Positions 48,970 to 61,660 are shown, counted from the first letter of the stretch. The stretch: DNA of 64,000 bases from Octopus sinensis (GCF_006345805.1 NC_043010.1:19592001-19656000); one strand, 5' to 3'. Numbers and translations are program-made. The notes: a model not told the origin generated them from the letters alone.

Positions 48970-49850
48970 ATTATTATTATTATTTTATTTCAGTGAACTT
49001 ATTTTTATTGCATGCTTCTATTGCAATTCTATGTGCCTTGTGTACTTGCTGTGTGTCTTTTTTTTAATCTTTTGTATTGAACTCTGTAATATGCATATTG
49101 TGTTTAGCAGTTCTATGTTGTATATAAATAAGCATTAGTGTACTCTACCTACAGTACCTAATATAATTATTTTTGTATGTTGTGTTCATTTGGAAGTCCT
49201 GTGGTTTTAGCTATGTATTTGTCTGAATTTTTTTAAGTCATTCCCAGTAGAGGTTATATCTGTTTCCAGTTTCACATTATATCGCTTTTTCCAGATTTTT
49301 ATAGGATTTCATTTAGAGATTCATTATCATCTGTTGTGGCTGATTCTTCAGTCAGGAATCACTTCCTTACTTAGGGGTCCTTGACAACAATGTCTTGTCA
49401 TTTAGCTTTAATTTCACTGTCTCTGTGAATTGATATATCCCAGAGTTTGTTTGGTCTTCCTCTCTCATTCTCAAATCTCTTTTGTTCATATTTCATAATG
49501 CTGACATAACTTCGGTGTAAATAACTGTCATGTCTGTAAATGGATTCTCTCTTGTTTCTTCACAATTTTCACTTATTCTCCAGTTATCGTACATCTATTT
49601 CATTGCATGATCCTGGTGGTTTCTGATGTCAGATATAGTTTGGATCCATCTTGCGCTGGATGGAATCAAAGAGCCTTCTGCATCCTCTTCACACTCTCGG
49701 TTCAACTCCCACCAAAATCAGTTTTGCTTTTCATCCCTCTGAAGTTAAAAAACCAATCAAGTACTAATGTCAATGGTATTGGATGTCTCACAAACCTCGA
49801 AATTTCCAGCCTGGTGTCTGTGATAGAAAATATTATTATTATTATTGTCT
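48970..49850 (-). mobile_element. R4/RLE-type 3' fragment (2)
   Basis: LWDISIHRDSEIKA..DIVVKD (RPD endonuclease region) and NIQKIIILGT; degenerate. Confidence 0.65.
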
Positions 49851-49854
49851 ATTC

Positions 49855-50095
49855 TTTTAACTTGGATTTTATTGGAACTCCCAGAATCTTGCATGAGTAG
49901 CAGGCTTGCTACCTCTAGCACCTACGGTACCATGCTATTTGTTCTCTCCAACTATCTAATGATACTTTTTCTCATAAATCTGGTCAAGGAAAAGGAAACA
50001 AACTTTTCGCAACAGTTCTACTAGACACTCTATTCTCATTTTCTTTATGCCCTTCTAAATATCTTTTGATACTGTCCCCAAGGCCCCAACTGATA
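49855..50095 (-). mobile_element. R4/RLE-type 3' fragment (3)
   Basis: VGALGTVSK...VELLRKVC; (AAT)n on both sides. Confidence 0.55.
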
Positions 50096-50126
50096 GTGAT
50101 ATTATTATTATTATTATTATTATTAT

Positions 50127-50230
50127 TGAGTGAGAGAGCAGTGCATGCCATCAAAGTGACACTGGGGTAAAATATACGAAGCCCAATATACCCATCATGA
50201 CTACCCGTCTGATAAAGGTACACCAGGCAC
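50127..50230 (-). repeat. (AAT)n-anchored dispersed repeat, truncated
   Basis: same fixed end as 31037. Confidence 0.7.
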
Positions 50231-50869
50231 TAATTATTATTATTATTTATAGCAATAACAATGCTTAGTTTATAAATTGGACATAAGACTACAATATTGG
50301 ATGGAATAGTGGAATTCTCAGTAATTTTAATTAAAGTGTAATTTAAGGGAGATTTGGTTGCTATTTCTAGCAGGTCATGGCTCCACTGTTGGCTTAGTTG
50401 ATAGGTACCTGTTAGTGAAGCAGGTATGTAATCATTTTGGTTTAATCCCTGTGAATAAAAGCTTTAGAATTTCATTGTTCAGTATTTCTATAGAGTTTAG
50501 ACTCCTTACTGCCACCCCTCCCCCACCTGCCGCCACCACCACCACCACCATTATCTGCTGAAGTGGAGTGGGAGAACTGTTATTATTGACACTTGTATGC
50601 AAGGATTATCAATATCTTCAGCCTTCTATAGCCAGATGTATGGTGGTGTTGGTGGCAGTGATGGTAAAGAGAGAGAGAGGAGAGGTATAGCTGGCTGATG
50701 GCTGTGTCAGCTTACACCTTCCATTGACCTCCCTTTCAATGCCTGCAGGATTAACCCTGTATAGAGTAATTGCTTTGCAATACTTGATTCCTGGTTCATT
50801 CCCATTGTGTTGACCAAGCCTTGGGAGTGAATTTTGATACACACAAAGTGTGTGTATATGTGTTTTTTA

Positions 50870-51660
50870 ATCTATAGATATTGTTGGAAAGCTCTCTTCT
50901 CAGATATTCTATTATTGTTCTCAAGGTCCCCTAATAATTAGATATATTATAACTTTGTTACCTTTGTTCTAGCACTTGAAATTTCCATTCTTCAAGTCAA
51001 TATAATGCTGTTTTCTTTTTACTCTTGTGTCTAATTAACAAGCCACGTTGATTATAAATCATGATTTCTTTTCGTTGTCATTAGCAACAGTATCCAACCT
51101 TCTTTCAGTTCGTATACAAAAGTCTCACAATAACATTGTTGCCATTTACAATAGCTTGCATTTCTATTTTCACAAAATGATTATAACTCTTTGCTGCAGA
51201 TTTCTTGTAAAAAAATTCCATTGTACTGTTGCTGCAGTCTTTCACACTTCTGTTTTGCGTTCAGTCTAAGCTAATTCTGGACATTCCAATACAATGCAAG
51301 TCATGGATTCATTTGGATCAGAACACATTCGACATTTGGCTGAGCAGTTTTGTTGGCTTATTGCTCCCTTGATCTATGGTACTTTTAAAGCCTGTTCCTT
51401 CATTCTCCGTCACTCAATATTCTTTTCTTTAGCCACAACCACCTCTCCTTGTCCCTTGTTACCTCTTTATGTCCTTGAAAATTGCTGAATGCAGCTTCTT
51501 TCCCTCAAACTTTCATTTCCACATTTTCCCATTTTCTCTTTTTCACATCTGCCCATTCTGTAAATAATCCTTCACTTATTAACTCTTGAACTGTTAAAGT
51601 CTTATTAAAAACTAAAAATTTTGATGAAAATGCAGTTACTCCAATATAAATTTATCAATT
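50870..51660 (-). mobile_element. R4/RLE-type 3' fragment (4) with CCHC zinc-knuckle region
   Basis: WLWLKK..., KCRMCSDPNESMTCIVLECPELA, DFCIRTE; many stops. Confidence 0.65.
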
Positions 51661-51689
51661 TCATTTTGCAATTATTATCATTATCATCA

Positions 51690-52110
51690 TTATTATTATT
51701 AAGCTATTTGTGCTAATTTAATTAGCCACAGTGTTATCTTGAGGCTTAGTGACAATGGATCTCTGCAAATTATAAGAATCTTTTTAGAATTCTTACAATA
51801 TATATATGATTGGATTTTTCTGCAGGTCAACAATGCAAGTCTTAATTCCAATATCTTTTGGTCTTTTAGGTGTTGTCCCAAGTATACCGATTACCACTGG
51901 AATAATTTTTTTGTTAGTCTTCCGTGGTCTTTTCATCTCTCTGATGAGATCCTGATACTTCTCATTTTTTTTCTTATTTCTTTTTTATCGACTCAACCTA
52001 TCTGAACCAGTTACAAAGTTTATCATTTTATACTGTTTAGTTTGTCTTCTATAATCATATCTGGTCTTTTTGCTTCAATAGTATGCTCAGTTTTTATGGG
52101 GAAATCCCAT
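51690..52110 (-). mobile_element. R4/RLE-type 3' fragment (5)
   Basis: EKYQDLIRE..IIPVVIGILGTTPK..DLQK; (AAT)-like tail. Confidence 0.65.
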
Positions 52111-52149
52111 AAGATCCTATTCTTCTTCTTCTTCTTCTTCTTCTTATTA

Positions 52150-52445
52150 TTATTATTATTATTATGTGATGAAAACTCAGTTTATTTTGCTGAGTGTGAT
52201 GGAAAGTGTCAGCTGTGCACAGCCAGCAGACTAAGGTAACTCTTTTTTTACTGGTCATGCTTCAAGAACCCTGCGAAGAATTCTTGCAATTCCAAGCAAT
52301 GCTGATTTTTGTAGGTGTTCTACCTTCACACTTGCACTGATCTTTTTCAGTCTTGTTGGTAGTTGAGTGCTAATACTTCCAAGTGCACCAATTACTATTG
52401 GTATCACGTCTACTCTCCTCATTGACCACAACCTTCGTATTTCCA
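52150..52445 (-). mobile_element. R4/RLE-type 3' fragment (6)
   Basis: ORF 52255..52446 VIPIVIGALG...LQKSALLGIARILRRVLEA*; (AAT)n tail. Confidence 0.8.
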
Positions 52446-52466
52446 TTATTACGTATTATTATTATT

Positions 52467-52849
52467 ACTAGCAGTATCACCCGGCGTTGCTCGGGTTTGT
52501 TTCAATCCCTTAGAATTGGAATTTTTGAAAAGTAAAAATTTTGCATTATGTATCTTGTTATTCTCTTTAAGTGAACATTTTTCTGGTTGAAATACACCGA
52601 AAAATGGCAACAGAGCAGTCAAAAAATCATAAAAAATAGGGATTTTCATAGAAAAAAAGCACCTTTTTGATGTAAATAATTTTTGGTGTTAACATGGTCC
52701 GATTTGAATTTTTTCTTCTATGGAAGGAAGAGCAAGCCTTCTATCATACTCTCAATTTTGATCAACTTGCATCGCAGGGTCTCGGAGGAGATAGTGTTAG
52801 TTGAAGGCTACCAAACCTGCCATACACAGACAACTTCAGCTTGAGAGAT
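52467..52849 (+). mobile_element. Helentron/DINE-1-like non-autonomous element
   Basis: begins ACTAGCAGTATCACCCGGCGTTGCTCGGG (short subterminal hairpin), ends CAGCTTGAGAGAT, set in (ATT)n. Confidence 0.5.
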
Positions 52850-52869
52850 TATTATTATTATTATTATAT

Positions 52870-53260
52870 TATTATTATTATTATTATTCTATGTTTGACT
52901 TTTGCTTTGCATTTGTACAAGTTTGCTCCAAGTCTCACCCAGAGACCTCAAACGACAACAAGCTGGAAGTTCATGCTGGTGTTATGCCTAGGGTGCCATA
53001 TATTTGGTTTTGTACATAGTGTTGTTCTAGAGAATGCTTAAAAAACCATAAGAAAATTATATGTTTGTTTTAAAACTGGAGATTACATAGACAGTATTTT
53101 ACGTAGGATATGGAAAGTTCCCATGAGCAGCACTATCTTTTGAATTTCTGCCATTTTGGGGTTTCCTAGTATCTGAGCTAGGTAGCAATCAGCTCCTTTT
53201 GCTATCATTCCTAGGGCACCTATGACAACAGGTATTGTTTTAGTCTTCAGGTTCCACGTA
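52870..53260 (-). mobile_element. R4/RLE-type 3' fragment (7)
   Basis: WNLKTKTIPVVIGALGMI...EIQKIV..GTFHILRKILSM*; (AAT)n tail. Confidence 0.75.
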
Positions 53261-53439
53261 GTCTTATTTTTTTATCATATGCTTTCACTGCACTACCAAG
53301 TGCAGCCCTATGTGCCTAGGGTATGTGCTGTGGTTTGTTGTGGTGCTCTTATTTTCAATGTATTGAAAGTGCTATTTTCTGTATGTTGTTGTTGTTATTA
53401 TTATCATCATCATCAACATGAATACTTGTACTTTTTCAG

Positions 53440-55530
53440 ATCAAAGCACTTGAGGAAGCTGATATGAGAAACTCTCGGAAGCTTGTAGAATTGCAAGAGG
53501 ATGAGAACCACTTGCGAGAAAGCCTACGCAATAAAGATGACCTCTCTGACCAAAGTGAGATGCTGAAAACCCTGAAGAAGAAAATCAAGGACCTGGAAAA
53601 AAGTAACAAATTGCTAAAGAGTCGGGTTGTGGAACTTGAAGATAGTGAGTGTGAAGTGAGAGAACACTGGAACCAAATTGTGGAAACTGATGCCAACAAA
53701 ATTGAGGGTCTGCAAGAGAAAGTGAAAATGTTGGAATCATTAAACAGGGAACTGGAGAAGAAACTTCAGGAAGGAGAAGAAGAATTTATGACTGGGGTTT
53801 CCTTGGCATCAGAACTGTCATTCAGCCAAAACCCTCCAGATTCCAAAGAATCTACAGTGAGCTTTGATTTGGAAACAGAATATAAGAACCTGGAGGAAAA
53901 GTTTCAAGAGGTTACGGAAGCTAAAAATAGCAAGATTGCCGAACTGGAAGACCATTTGGAGAAGCTGTACAGTACTGAGCAGAAACTGAGTGAGACTGTT
54001 GCAGAAATGGAAGAGAGAGAGCGGGAACTGCTTGCAAAATTGAAACTCTGTGAAAACTCTGATTTCTCTGTAGAAAAAATGCTTAAATATGAAGAGCGTA
54101 TCAAAGAGCTCAGTTATTCACAGGAAAATTTGCTGAATGCTATAGATACAGTAGCTGACCCCGAGAGCCATTCACTGCAGATAATCAATGCTCTGAAAGA
54201 TGAGTTGGTTTTGAGTTACCAGAAAAATGAAGAGATGAGTTTGAGAGAGAAAAAATCGACTGAACAGTTGAGGAATGAGAACAATTCTTTGAAAGACCAA
54301 CTTGATAAGTTGTTAGAGAAAGAATCCGGTCATTTAGGCCAAATTCTATCCACAGAAAAGGGAAAGGATGCTTTGCACAATGAACATTCTTTGGTTTCTC
54401 AAAACAGTAAGCAAGAAGTTCCGACATCCTCACTATTTGTGAGAATTCAAGAACTTGAAACTGAAAATCAAGAACTCAGAATCAAAGTTGACGGTTCTCA
54501 GAATGGAACCCTTTCTAAAGTCTCTTCGACAGTCTCTTCAAATTATGAACGGTTGTGTGAACTCGAGAAGGAGAACTCTGACCTTCTTGCTGAAGCAAGT
54601 CGGTTGCGAGAAGCTGAATCTCAGTGGAAAGAAATGGCAGAGAAGTTGGTACAGCTGGAGAGCAATGAAGAACGACTCATGGAGAAGGTAGTGGAACTTG
54701 AAGACAGTTGTGAAAGTCTAAAAGAGGAACTTCAGAAGGTACATGGTGATAAGAAAGAAAGCCAAAATGAATTGAAAGAGGAACGAGAAAAAGTTGGAAG
54801 TTTACTGAAACTAGAAGCAGAAATAAAGGGCAGACTCCAGGCTGAAGAAGAACTTAATGGTTCTCTTCGAGAACAACTACAATCTTTCAGGTTGCGTTTG
54901 GAGGCAATTAAGGATGCGTATGCAGACCATGAACATTCAAAGATGGAGTTGGAAAAGAAATTGGAGGAAGTTACTCGTGATAAAAATTTACTTGCTGAAA
55001 AACTCCAATCTCTCACCCAAAATCAGACCATTCCAGTGGATTCTACAGATCCCAACCAAAATTCAGCAGACCATGACATTCTGGAACATTCCTCTCTATC
55101 ATCATCTGATAGCAATCATTCCTCAGCAAATACAAGCAGCTTACCTTTCCATAGTACAGAAAACAAATACCTTGGCCTCATCAATTCCCTTGAAGCCAGC
55201 CTCAAAGACATTGGCAGCAATCAGGCTTCCAGTGAGTTCCAAAACAATAAACAAGGTCCAATCGCAGAACAAGCATCGAAGAGTAAAGAAGAGCTCAGTA
55301 AAGAATTAGAATCTGAACTTGCGGATATGAATCGAGAGCAGCTCGTAGATTTTTGTAGCACTTTAAAGACAGATCTGAGGACAAAATCACAGAAAATTGA
55401 ACAATTTGAGCGAGATTTCTCTGACTTTGTAAACAGAGTACAATGTGGGACAGTCGTCTTCCGAGATAAAGAAGTACGAAAGACTGTTCTCACAGAAGTC
55501 AAGACATTCCAACAGCAATGCAACTGTAAG
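53440..55530 (+). CDS. exon 11, 2091-bp giant coiled-coil exon
   Basis: ctttttcag acceptor, AAG|gtaagt donor, 697 codons within ORF 53464..55581; E/K/L-rich heptad composition. Confidence 0.92.
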
Positions 55531-55540
55531 GTAAGTATTA

Positions 55541-55544
<4 letters not shown>

Positions 55545-55575
<31 letters not shown>

Positions 55576-56100
55576 GAGTGAGATAGTAGTGCATGCTTAT
55601 TATTATGATTATTATCATCATCATCATTATTATCATTATTATCATTGTCATTATCACCATCATTATTATTATTATCATTATCATTATTAGCATTATTATT
55701 ATCATCATCATTATTATTATTACCATTATTATTATCATCATCATCATCATTATTATTATTACCATTATTATTATTATCATCATCATCATCATCATTATTA
55801 TCATTATTATCATCACATTATTATTATTATCATCATTATTATTATTGTTACCATTATTATTATTATTATTATCACCATCATTATTATCATCATCATCATC
55901 ATCATCATCATTATTATTATCATTATTATTATTATTATCATCGTCATTATTATTATCATTATTATCATCATTATCATCATTATTATCATTATTATTATTA
56001 TTATCATCATCGTCATTATTGTTATTACCATTATTATTATTATTATTATTATCATCATCATCATCGTCATTATTATTATCATCATCATCATCATTATAAT
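55545..56100. repeat. compound (ATT)n/(ATC)n trinucleotide array, about 550 bp
   Basis: direct reading; starts 15 bp after the exon 11 donor. Confidence 0.95.
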
Positions 56101-56109
56101 TATTCCGCC

Positions 56110-56440
56110 AAGGTCTAAGGTGGCAAGCTGGTAGAATCGCTAGCATGCCAGACAAAGCACTTTACATTCTGAGTTCAAATTTTGCCAGGGTCAACTTTGC
56201 CTTTCATCCTTTTTGGGGTCGATAAAATAAGTCCCAGTGGAACACTGGGTCAATGTCCCCTCTCCCACAAAATTTCAGGTCACGTCCCCTATAGTAGAAA
56301 GGATTATTCCACCAAGGTCGGCTTTGCTTTTCATCTTTTCAGGGCCAGTAAATGGGTACCAGTTGAGCACTAGAGTTGATATAATTGCCTAAGCCTCCTG
56401 CTTCAAATTTGAGGCCTCGTGCTTTTAGTAGAAAGAATTA
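56110..56440 (+). mobile_element. SINE family B, tandem partial copies
   Basis: AAGGTGGCAAGCTGGTAGAATC head and repeated TTTCATC.TTT..GGG.C core. Confidence 0.7.
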
Positions 56441-56755
56441 TTATTAATAATTAGCTTAATTGAATTTTCTGATGATAATCTTAAAATCTTTAGACTATTA
56501 ATTTCAACTTCCATGTTTTAATTTCTTATTAAAATTTATTGGGTCAATTACTCTCATGAATTTAATACAAGTAACTTGTGTGTGTGTGTGTGTGTGTGTA
56601 TACCTTATATCACAAAATCTGCGAACAGGAACGTGATTCTCTAAGTAACAGATTTTGTGATATTTTTGCTGCTTTTTAATAAAGCATATTACTCTACATC
56701 CGGTATTCGAGAACTATTTTTACCACCTTGTTTTGCATTTATGTGCTTACTCTGG

Positions 56756-56793
<38 letters not shown>

Positions 56794-57492
56794 GCATGGA
56801 GAACGGACGTTAAACGATGATGATATATATATATATATATACATATATATATGTGTGTGTGTATACATACATTGGGATGTAAGACATGCTTATCATTTAC
56901 AACTCTATCTTAATATGATGCAGCCTTTATCTTCATATGCATCCACTTTCCATAACCGGCTGAAGTTAGATGGATCATCAAAGTTTGAGAAGTTGCTGCG
57001 CTTCAAGCGTTTATGTTACTTACTTGCTCAATATTACATCATTTTATATGTTAAGACAGTTTAGTTCAGTGCTGTCTTTGGCTGCGTACACTGTAGATAG
57101 TCAAACGGTGCTATTCTCTTTGTATCAAGAATTTGAGATTCAGAACACTGATGAAGCAGTAATAAGCAATGGAACCAAGTCAGGCTGATTTTATTTTTGG
57201 TCTTTATCAGAGACAGAACCACCTTTTATTGGACTATAATATCTATTTCTCATGGCTAAAAACGGAAGCTTGTAAGTTTACTTTACGTCTCTAATTAGCA
57301 TGACCTCATGTAGCGTTTCAGTTACTACATGTTATGCATATAAAGCCTTAACATGGTGGTGATCCATCAACAAAAATTGCATTTGTTGGTAGTGTAGAGA
57401 TTTTTAATTTTGCTTGGTACTGGAAGAAGAGTTTTCAGTGTGGCCGCTCTGAAACTCTTAGCCGCAAGGTAAATGTCATTTAGAAATGTTAT

Positions 57493-57600
57493 CCCCCTGG
57501 TGTGCCATTACCCCTGGTGTGCCACTACCCCTTGTGTGCCACTACCCCTGATGTACCACTCCCCCGGTGTGCCACTCTCCCTGGTATGCTGCTCCCCCTG
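57493..57600 (+). repeat. 17-bp minisatellite (CCCCTGGTGTGCCACTA), about 6 copies
   Basis: direct reading. Confidence 0.85.
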
Positions 57601-57619
57601 GAGAAGAGAATTGACTTGC

Positions 57620-57855
57620 AAGAGTCCTGTGCTGGTACCACATAGAAAAGCACTTGTGCCAGTGCCACATGAGAGTGCTCAGTGGTGCCATGTAAAAGCA
57701 TCTGGTACACTCTGTAAAATGGTTGGTGTTGGGAAGGGCATCCACCCCTAGAAACCATACTACAACAGACAAGAGCCTGGTGTAGTTCGGGTTGCCAGCT
57801 CTGGTCAAACCATCCCACCCATGCCAGCATAGATAATGGATGTTAAATGATGATG
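57620..57855 (+). mobile_element. RTE 3'-tail copy
   Basis: tail motifs and (GAT)n. Confidence 0.7.
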
Positions 57856-58502
57856 ACAATACTTTACCTTTCCTGTCTTGTAAGTTACTAGGCAACCCCA
57901 GTAGAGCAGTGGCATGGAAAATTGCCCCCTTTACACTTTATAAAGGGGTTGCTGTTATGAAGGACATGCAGCCATAGAAGCGATGCCAAAACAGACATTG
58001 GAGCACCATGCAGCTATGTGGATCACAGGGTCCAGTCAAACCAACCAACCATTATGATGATGATGTGTATATATCACTCCCATCGATACCTGATTAGACA
58101 TAATATTTACACACACGCAATGCAAGGGACTGTATTCTACTTACCTGTAGTTGTGCCAACATTCACCTGGGGTGAGTTGAACCAGCTCCAGCCACATGTT
58201 CATGTTCAGAGTTTCAGTGGGATTACAAGTTCACATGTGGGCCCCCAGTCACATGCATACATACTTTGGGATAGTGTTGTCCATAGCAGCTCATCTTGCT
58301 GTCGATTGTCGACCGTCACAAGGGATTCCCTGACCATGTCTCTGCCAATTATCAGAGCAGACATGGCCCGGGTACCATATGAAGTGTGAAGGGATTTGTC
58401 TGTGTCTGTGTGGTTTTGCTTATGTGTGTGCAAGTGCCACTAAAGAGACGGTTTTGACCAGCTTTGGTGATGGTGGTGATTTTACTGTTTCCATTTTTTT
58501 AG

Positions 58503-58787
58503 GTTCCCATTAATACGCAAACTACCCTCGCCGGTGAAAAAGTCTCTCAAGGGGTCGATACGGCTGATCTCTTGATCGACAACGTCACTGAGCAGCAGCA
58601 ACAACAGCAACAGCAGCAAAAAGATGCTAACGACAGCACGATGGCACATGTAGAGATGCCTCACTCTGAGTACAAAGTATGGAAGGCAAAGGTGGCTATA
58701 CTCACGAACATTGAGGCGAACTTGCCCAATGTTAAGGAATCCCCACACCAGCTTGAACTCCTGCTACAGATCCTTCAGAAAGGAAGG
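58503..58787 (+). CDS. exon 12 (VPINTQTTLAGEK...LQKGR, includes poly-Q)
   Basis: tttttttag acceptor, AGG|gtaagt donor, 285 bp. Confidence 0.85.
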
Positions 58788-58879
58788 GTAAGTCTCACTC
58801 GACATTCCAGCCTTGAGTGTTAGTCTAAATTCTTTTTGAGTCAAATGAGTTTAAACCAGGGGTTCTCAACCATTTTAAG

Positions 58880-59099
58880 CCCTTTGTTGCCAACCTGGCT
58901 GAAACCACCTCTGGCTCTGTAGTACAAATGTCTTGTTTTCAAAAGTTTTGAATTAAAATCTTCCACTAAACCATAGTCACACTTCATGTTCTTAACACTA
59001 GCTGAACGATAACTAAGTTATTTTACTAAAGTTTTTGTTATATTTAAAGTAATTGAAAGAAGCACAGAGCATCTCAACAGAAATATGGTAACAAAAGGG
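58880..59099. mobile_element. second copy of the same piggyBac-like MITE
   Basis: CCCTTTGTTGCC ... GGTAACAAAAGGG|TTAA; body similar to 59131-59340. Confidence 0.7.
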
Positions 59100-59130
59100 T
59101 TAAAATATATAATGGAGAAACAATTCTTAA

Positions 59131-59340
59131 CCCTTTCGATACCAACTCAGCTGAAACCACCTCTGGCTCTGTCTTGTTTTCAAAAGCTCTGAATTAAAAT
59201 CTTCCACCAAACTTTAGTCACAATTCATGTTCCTAACACCAGCTGAAAGATAACTAAGTTATTTTACTAAATTCTTTTTTATATTTAAAATAACTGAGAG
59301 AAACACAGAGCATCTCAACAGAAATACGGTAACGAAAGGG
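59131..59340. mobile_element. second piggyBac-like MITE family
   Basis: TTAA|CCCTTTCGATACC ... GGTAACGAAAGGG|TTAA (12/13 TIR match). Confidence 0.8.
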
Positions 59341-59525
59341 TTAAGGTCCAGGCCAGCTCTAAAACCTGGATTTTTTCAATTGGCTGTACGAAAAAAAAAT
59401 TAAAACGCTAATCACCCCTGGCTCTACTAATCGCTCCACTCCCCACTTTCACTTCTCACTCCACCCACCCACCTCAACTAATTACTTGACACCATTTCCA
59501 CGAATCACCCTATTTTTCTTTCCAG

Positions 59526-59600
59526 GATATTATGTGCAGTGATGAGAATCAAGCTGGAATTTCGAATGATCAACTTCTGATTTATGCCAAGCAACTTCAG
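59526..59600 (+). CDS. exon 13 (DIMCSDENQAGISNDQLLIYAKQLQ)
   Basis: ttttctttccag acceptor, CAG|gtgagt donor, 75 bp. Confidence 0.85.
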
Positions 59601-60171
59601 GTGAGTCAATTAACTCTCTCTCTCTCTCTCTCTCTCCTTCAATTCATATGATGAATGTAAGTAAATATTACAGTCTTCCATGAAAAACATGTCTGGCCTT
59701 GGTGAAATATAATCTTATTTGGAAATAGATAAGGCTAGGTGACTGGAAGGACACCCAGCTGTAGAAAACCTGCCTCTACAAATTCCTTCTGACCCATGCA
59801 AGCATGGAAAAGTGGACGTCAAAACAAGGATCATACATACATACACACATCTCTGCCTATCTCGTCTATCTATAAACACACCTTTCTCCATGTATACATC
59901 TCTCTATTTTCCTTTACCTTACATCTCTTTCTCTCTCTCTCTCTTTCTTTCTCTCTCTCTCCCTCTCTCTCTCACTCACACACACACACACACACACACT
60001 TCTCCATTAGCTTCATTGTTAGCAGTTATTTCGGTAATTACCAGCTGTTGTTCCTACATCTGTTGCCAGAGAATGGCCTGTGCATGTTTTATATCAAATA
60101 TACTCATCACTCAGTTATGTAAAACCAGGCAGACAAAAGGCTCAATTGTAAAGGTTTACGTACATGTGTGT

Positions 60172-60792
60172 ATTTTTCTTGTTTCAGTCATTGGACAGCG
60201 GCCATGCTGGGGCACTGCCTTAAAGAACTTTTAGTCAAATGAATCGATGCCTGTACTTATTATTGTTTTTGTTTTTTAAACCTGGTATTTATTCTTTCAG
60301 TCTCTTTTGCTGAACCACTAACTGGTAGGGACATTAACATACCAATGCCAGTTGTCAAGCTGTGATGGGACACGGACACACTCTCTCACACGCACAGATA
60401 TATATATGCTAGTGCCATGTTAAAAGAACCCTGTACACTCTGTAAAGTGCTTGGCGTAAGGAAGGGCATCCAGCCATAGAAACCAGGCTAAATCAAACAG
60501 TTGGGGCCTGGTGTAGCTCTTCTGCTTACCAGCCCTAGTCAAACCATCTAACCCATGCCAGCATGGACTACAGGCATTTAAGGAGGATTGTCAGGATAGT
60601 GGTGGTGGTGGTGGTGGTGGTGATATACATACATACGACAGGCTTCTTTCAGTTTCCGTCTACCAAATCCACTCACAAAGCTTTGGTTGGTCTGAGGCTA
60701 TAGCAGAAGCCACTTGCCCAAAGTGCCATGCAGTGGGACTGAACCTAGAGTCATATGGTTGGGAAGCAAGCTTCTTATCACACAGCCATGCC
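60172..60792 (-). mobile_element. SINE family A interrupted by an RTE tail
   Basis: tail half 60172-60400, head half 60630-60792. Confidence 0.75.
60405..60580 (+). mobile_element. RTE 3'-tail copy nested in a SINE
   Basis: GGAAGGGCATCCAGCC...CCATGCCAGCATGG between two halves of a minus-strand SINE. Confidence 0.7.
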
Positions 60793-60843
60793 GTATATAT
60801 TCATAAATTCATATATTTATTTTTTTTTTATATTTCTCCTCAG

Positions 60844-60889
60844 ACTTTATCTCAAGGTTTGAACTCAACCACTTCCCCAGACGGAACTG
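60844..60889 (+). CDS. exon 14 (TLSQGLNSTTSPDGT-G), ends in phase 1
   Basis: ttctcctcag acceptor, G|gtaagt donor, 46 bp; its phase is complemented exactly by the next exon. Confidence 0.8.
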
Positions 60890-61660
60890 GTAAGTTTCTT
60901 GTACTTTATCATTGTGTGTGTGACTATTTGAGTTAGTATTGTTGTTGTTGTTGGACACATCTACCTGGTCATGTTAACCTCAACAGTTGACCAAACAGCT
61001 AGATGTGATCCACACAGTTGTTTTTCTGATTCCATTTAGCCTCCATCTCCTATCTCATGTCTCTACCTATGTCTGTCCAGCTTTATATAAATAATGTAAT
61101 TCTTCTCTGGTCCCCTTTTTACCCTTTATCTGTTTAATTTTCTGTCTTTTTCTACTACACTGCACCTAGTATTTTTATAGAGATGTGGCCCTTGTTTAAT
61201 GCAACGCCCCCACACCCTTTTTTTTTTGCCCCATGAATAGTGTACAAAATACTGTATTGTGTATTTGAGAGAGACATAGCTGCTATGTCTAGCAGGTCTT
61301 CAAGTGACTGCATAGAACCATGGCTCTTAACCTGTTGAATATCTGAGCCAAATCCCAAATCTGGGTTTTTTTCAGTGGGTTGCACCAAATAAAGTAAAAC
61401 ACAAGTCAACTTAAAGAAAAATTTATTATATTTATAGAGAGAAGACCATCGAGGGGCCATTGGAAGGATGCTTGAGGGTCACATGCGGCCCTGGGAGTCA
61501 CGGTTGAGAACTGCTGACATAGCAGTTTACTTAATTAGTTTGATTTAGCAAATATTTATCAAAAGTAGGTTAAACCTGACAGACATTAAAATCAATTCTG
61601 TTCAACCTTTCCATTGTAAACAAATAAGATCTGAGTTGTAGGTTAAATTACATCCTACAT

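Noticed and set aside
55571-56155. Poly-I, poly-N/D, poly-H/Y and poly-L/S ORFs
   Set aside because: Translations of the (ATT/ATC)n array.
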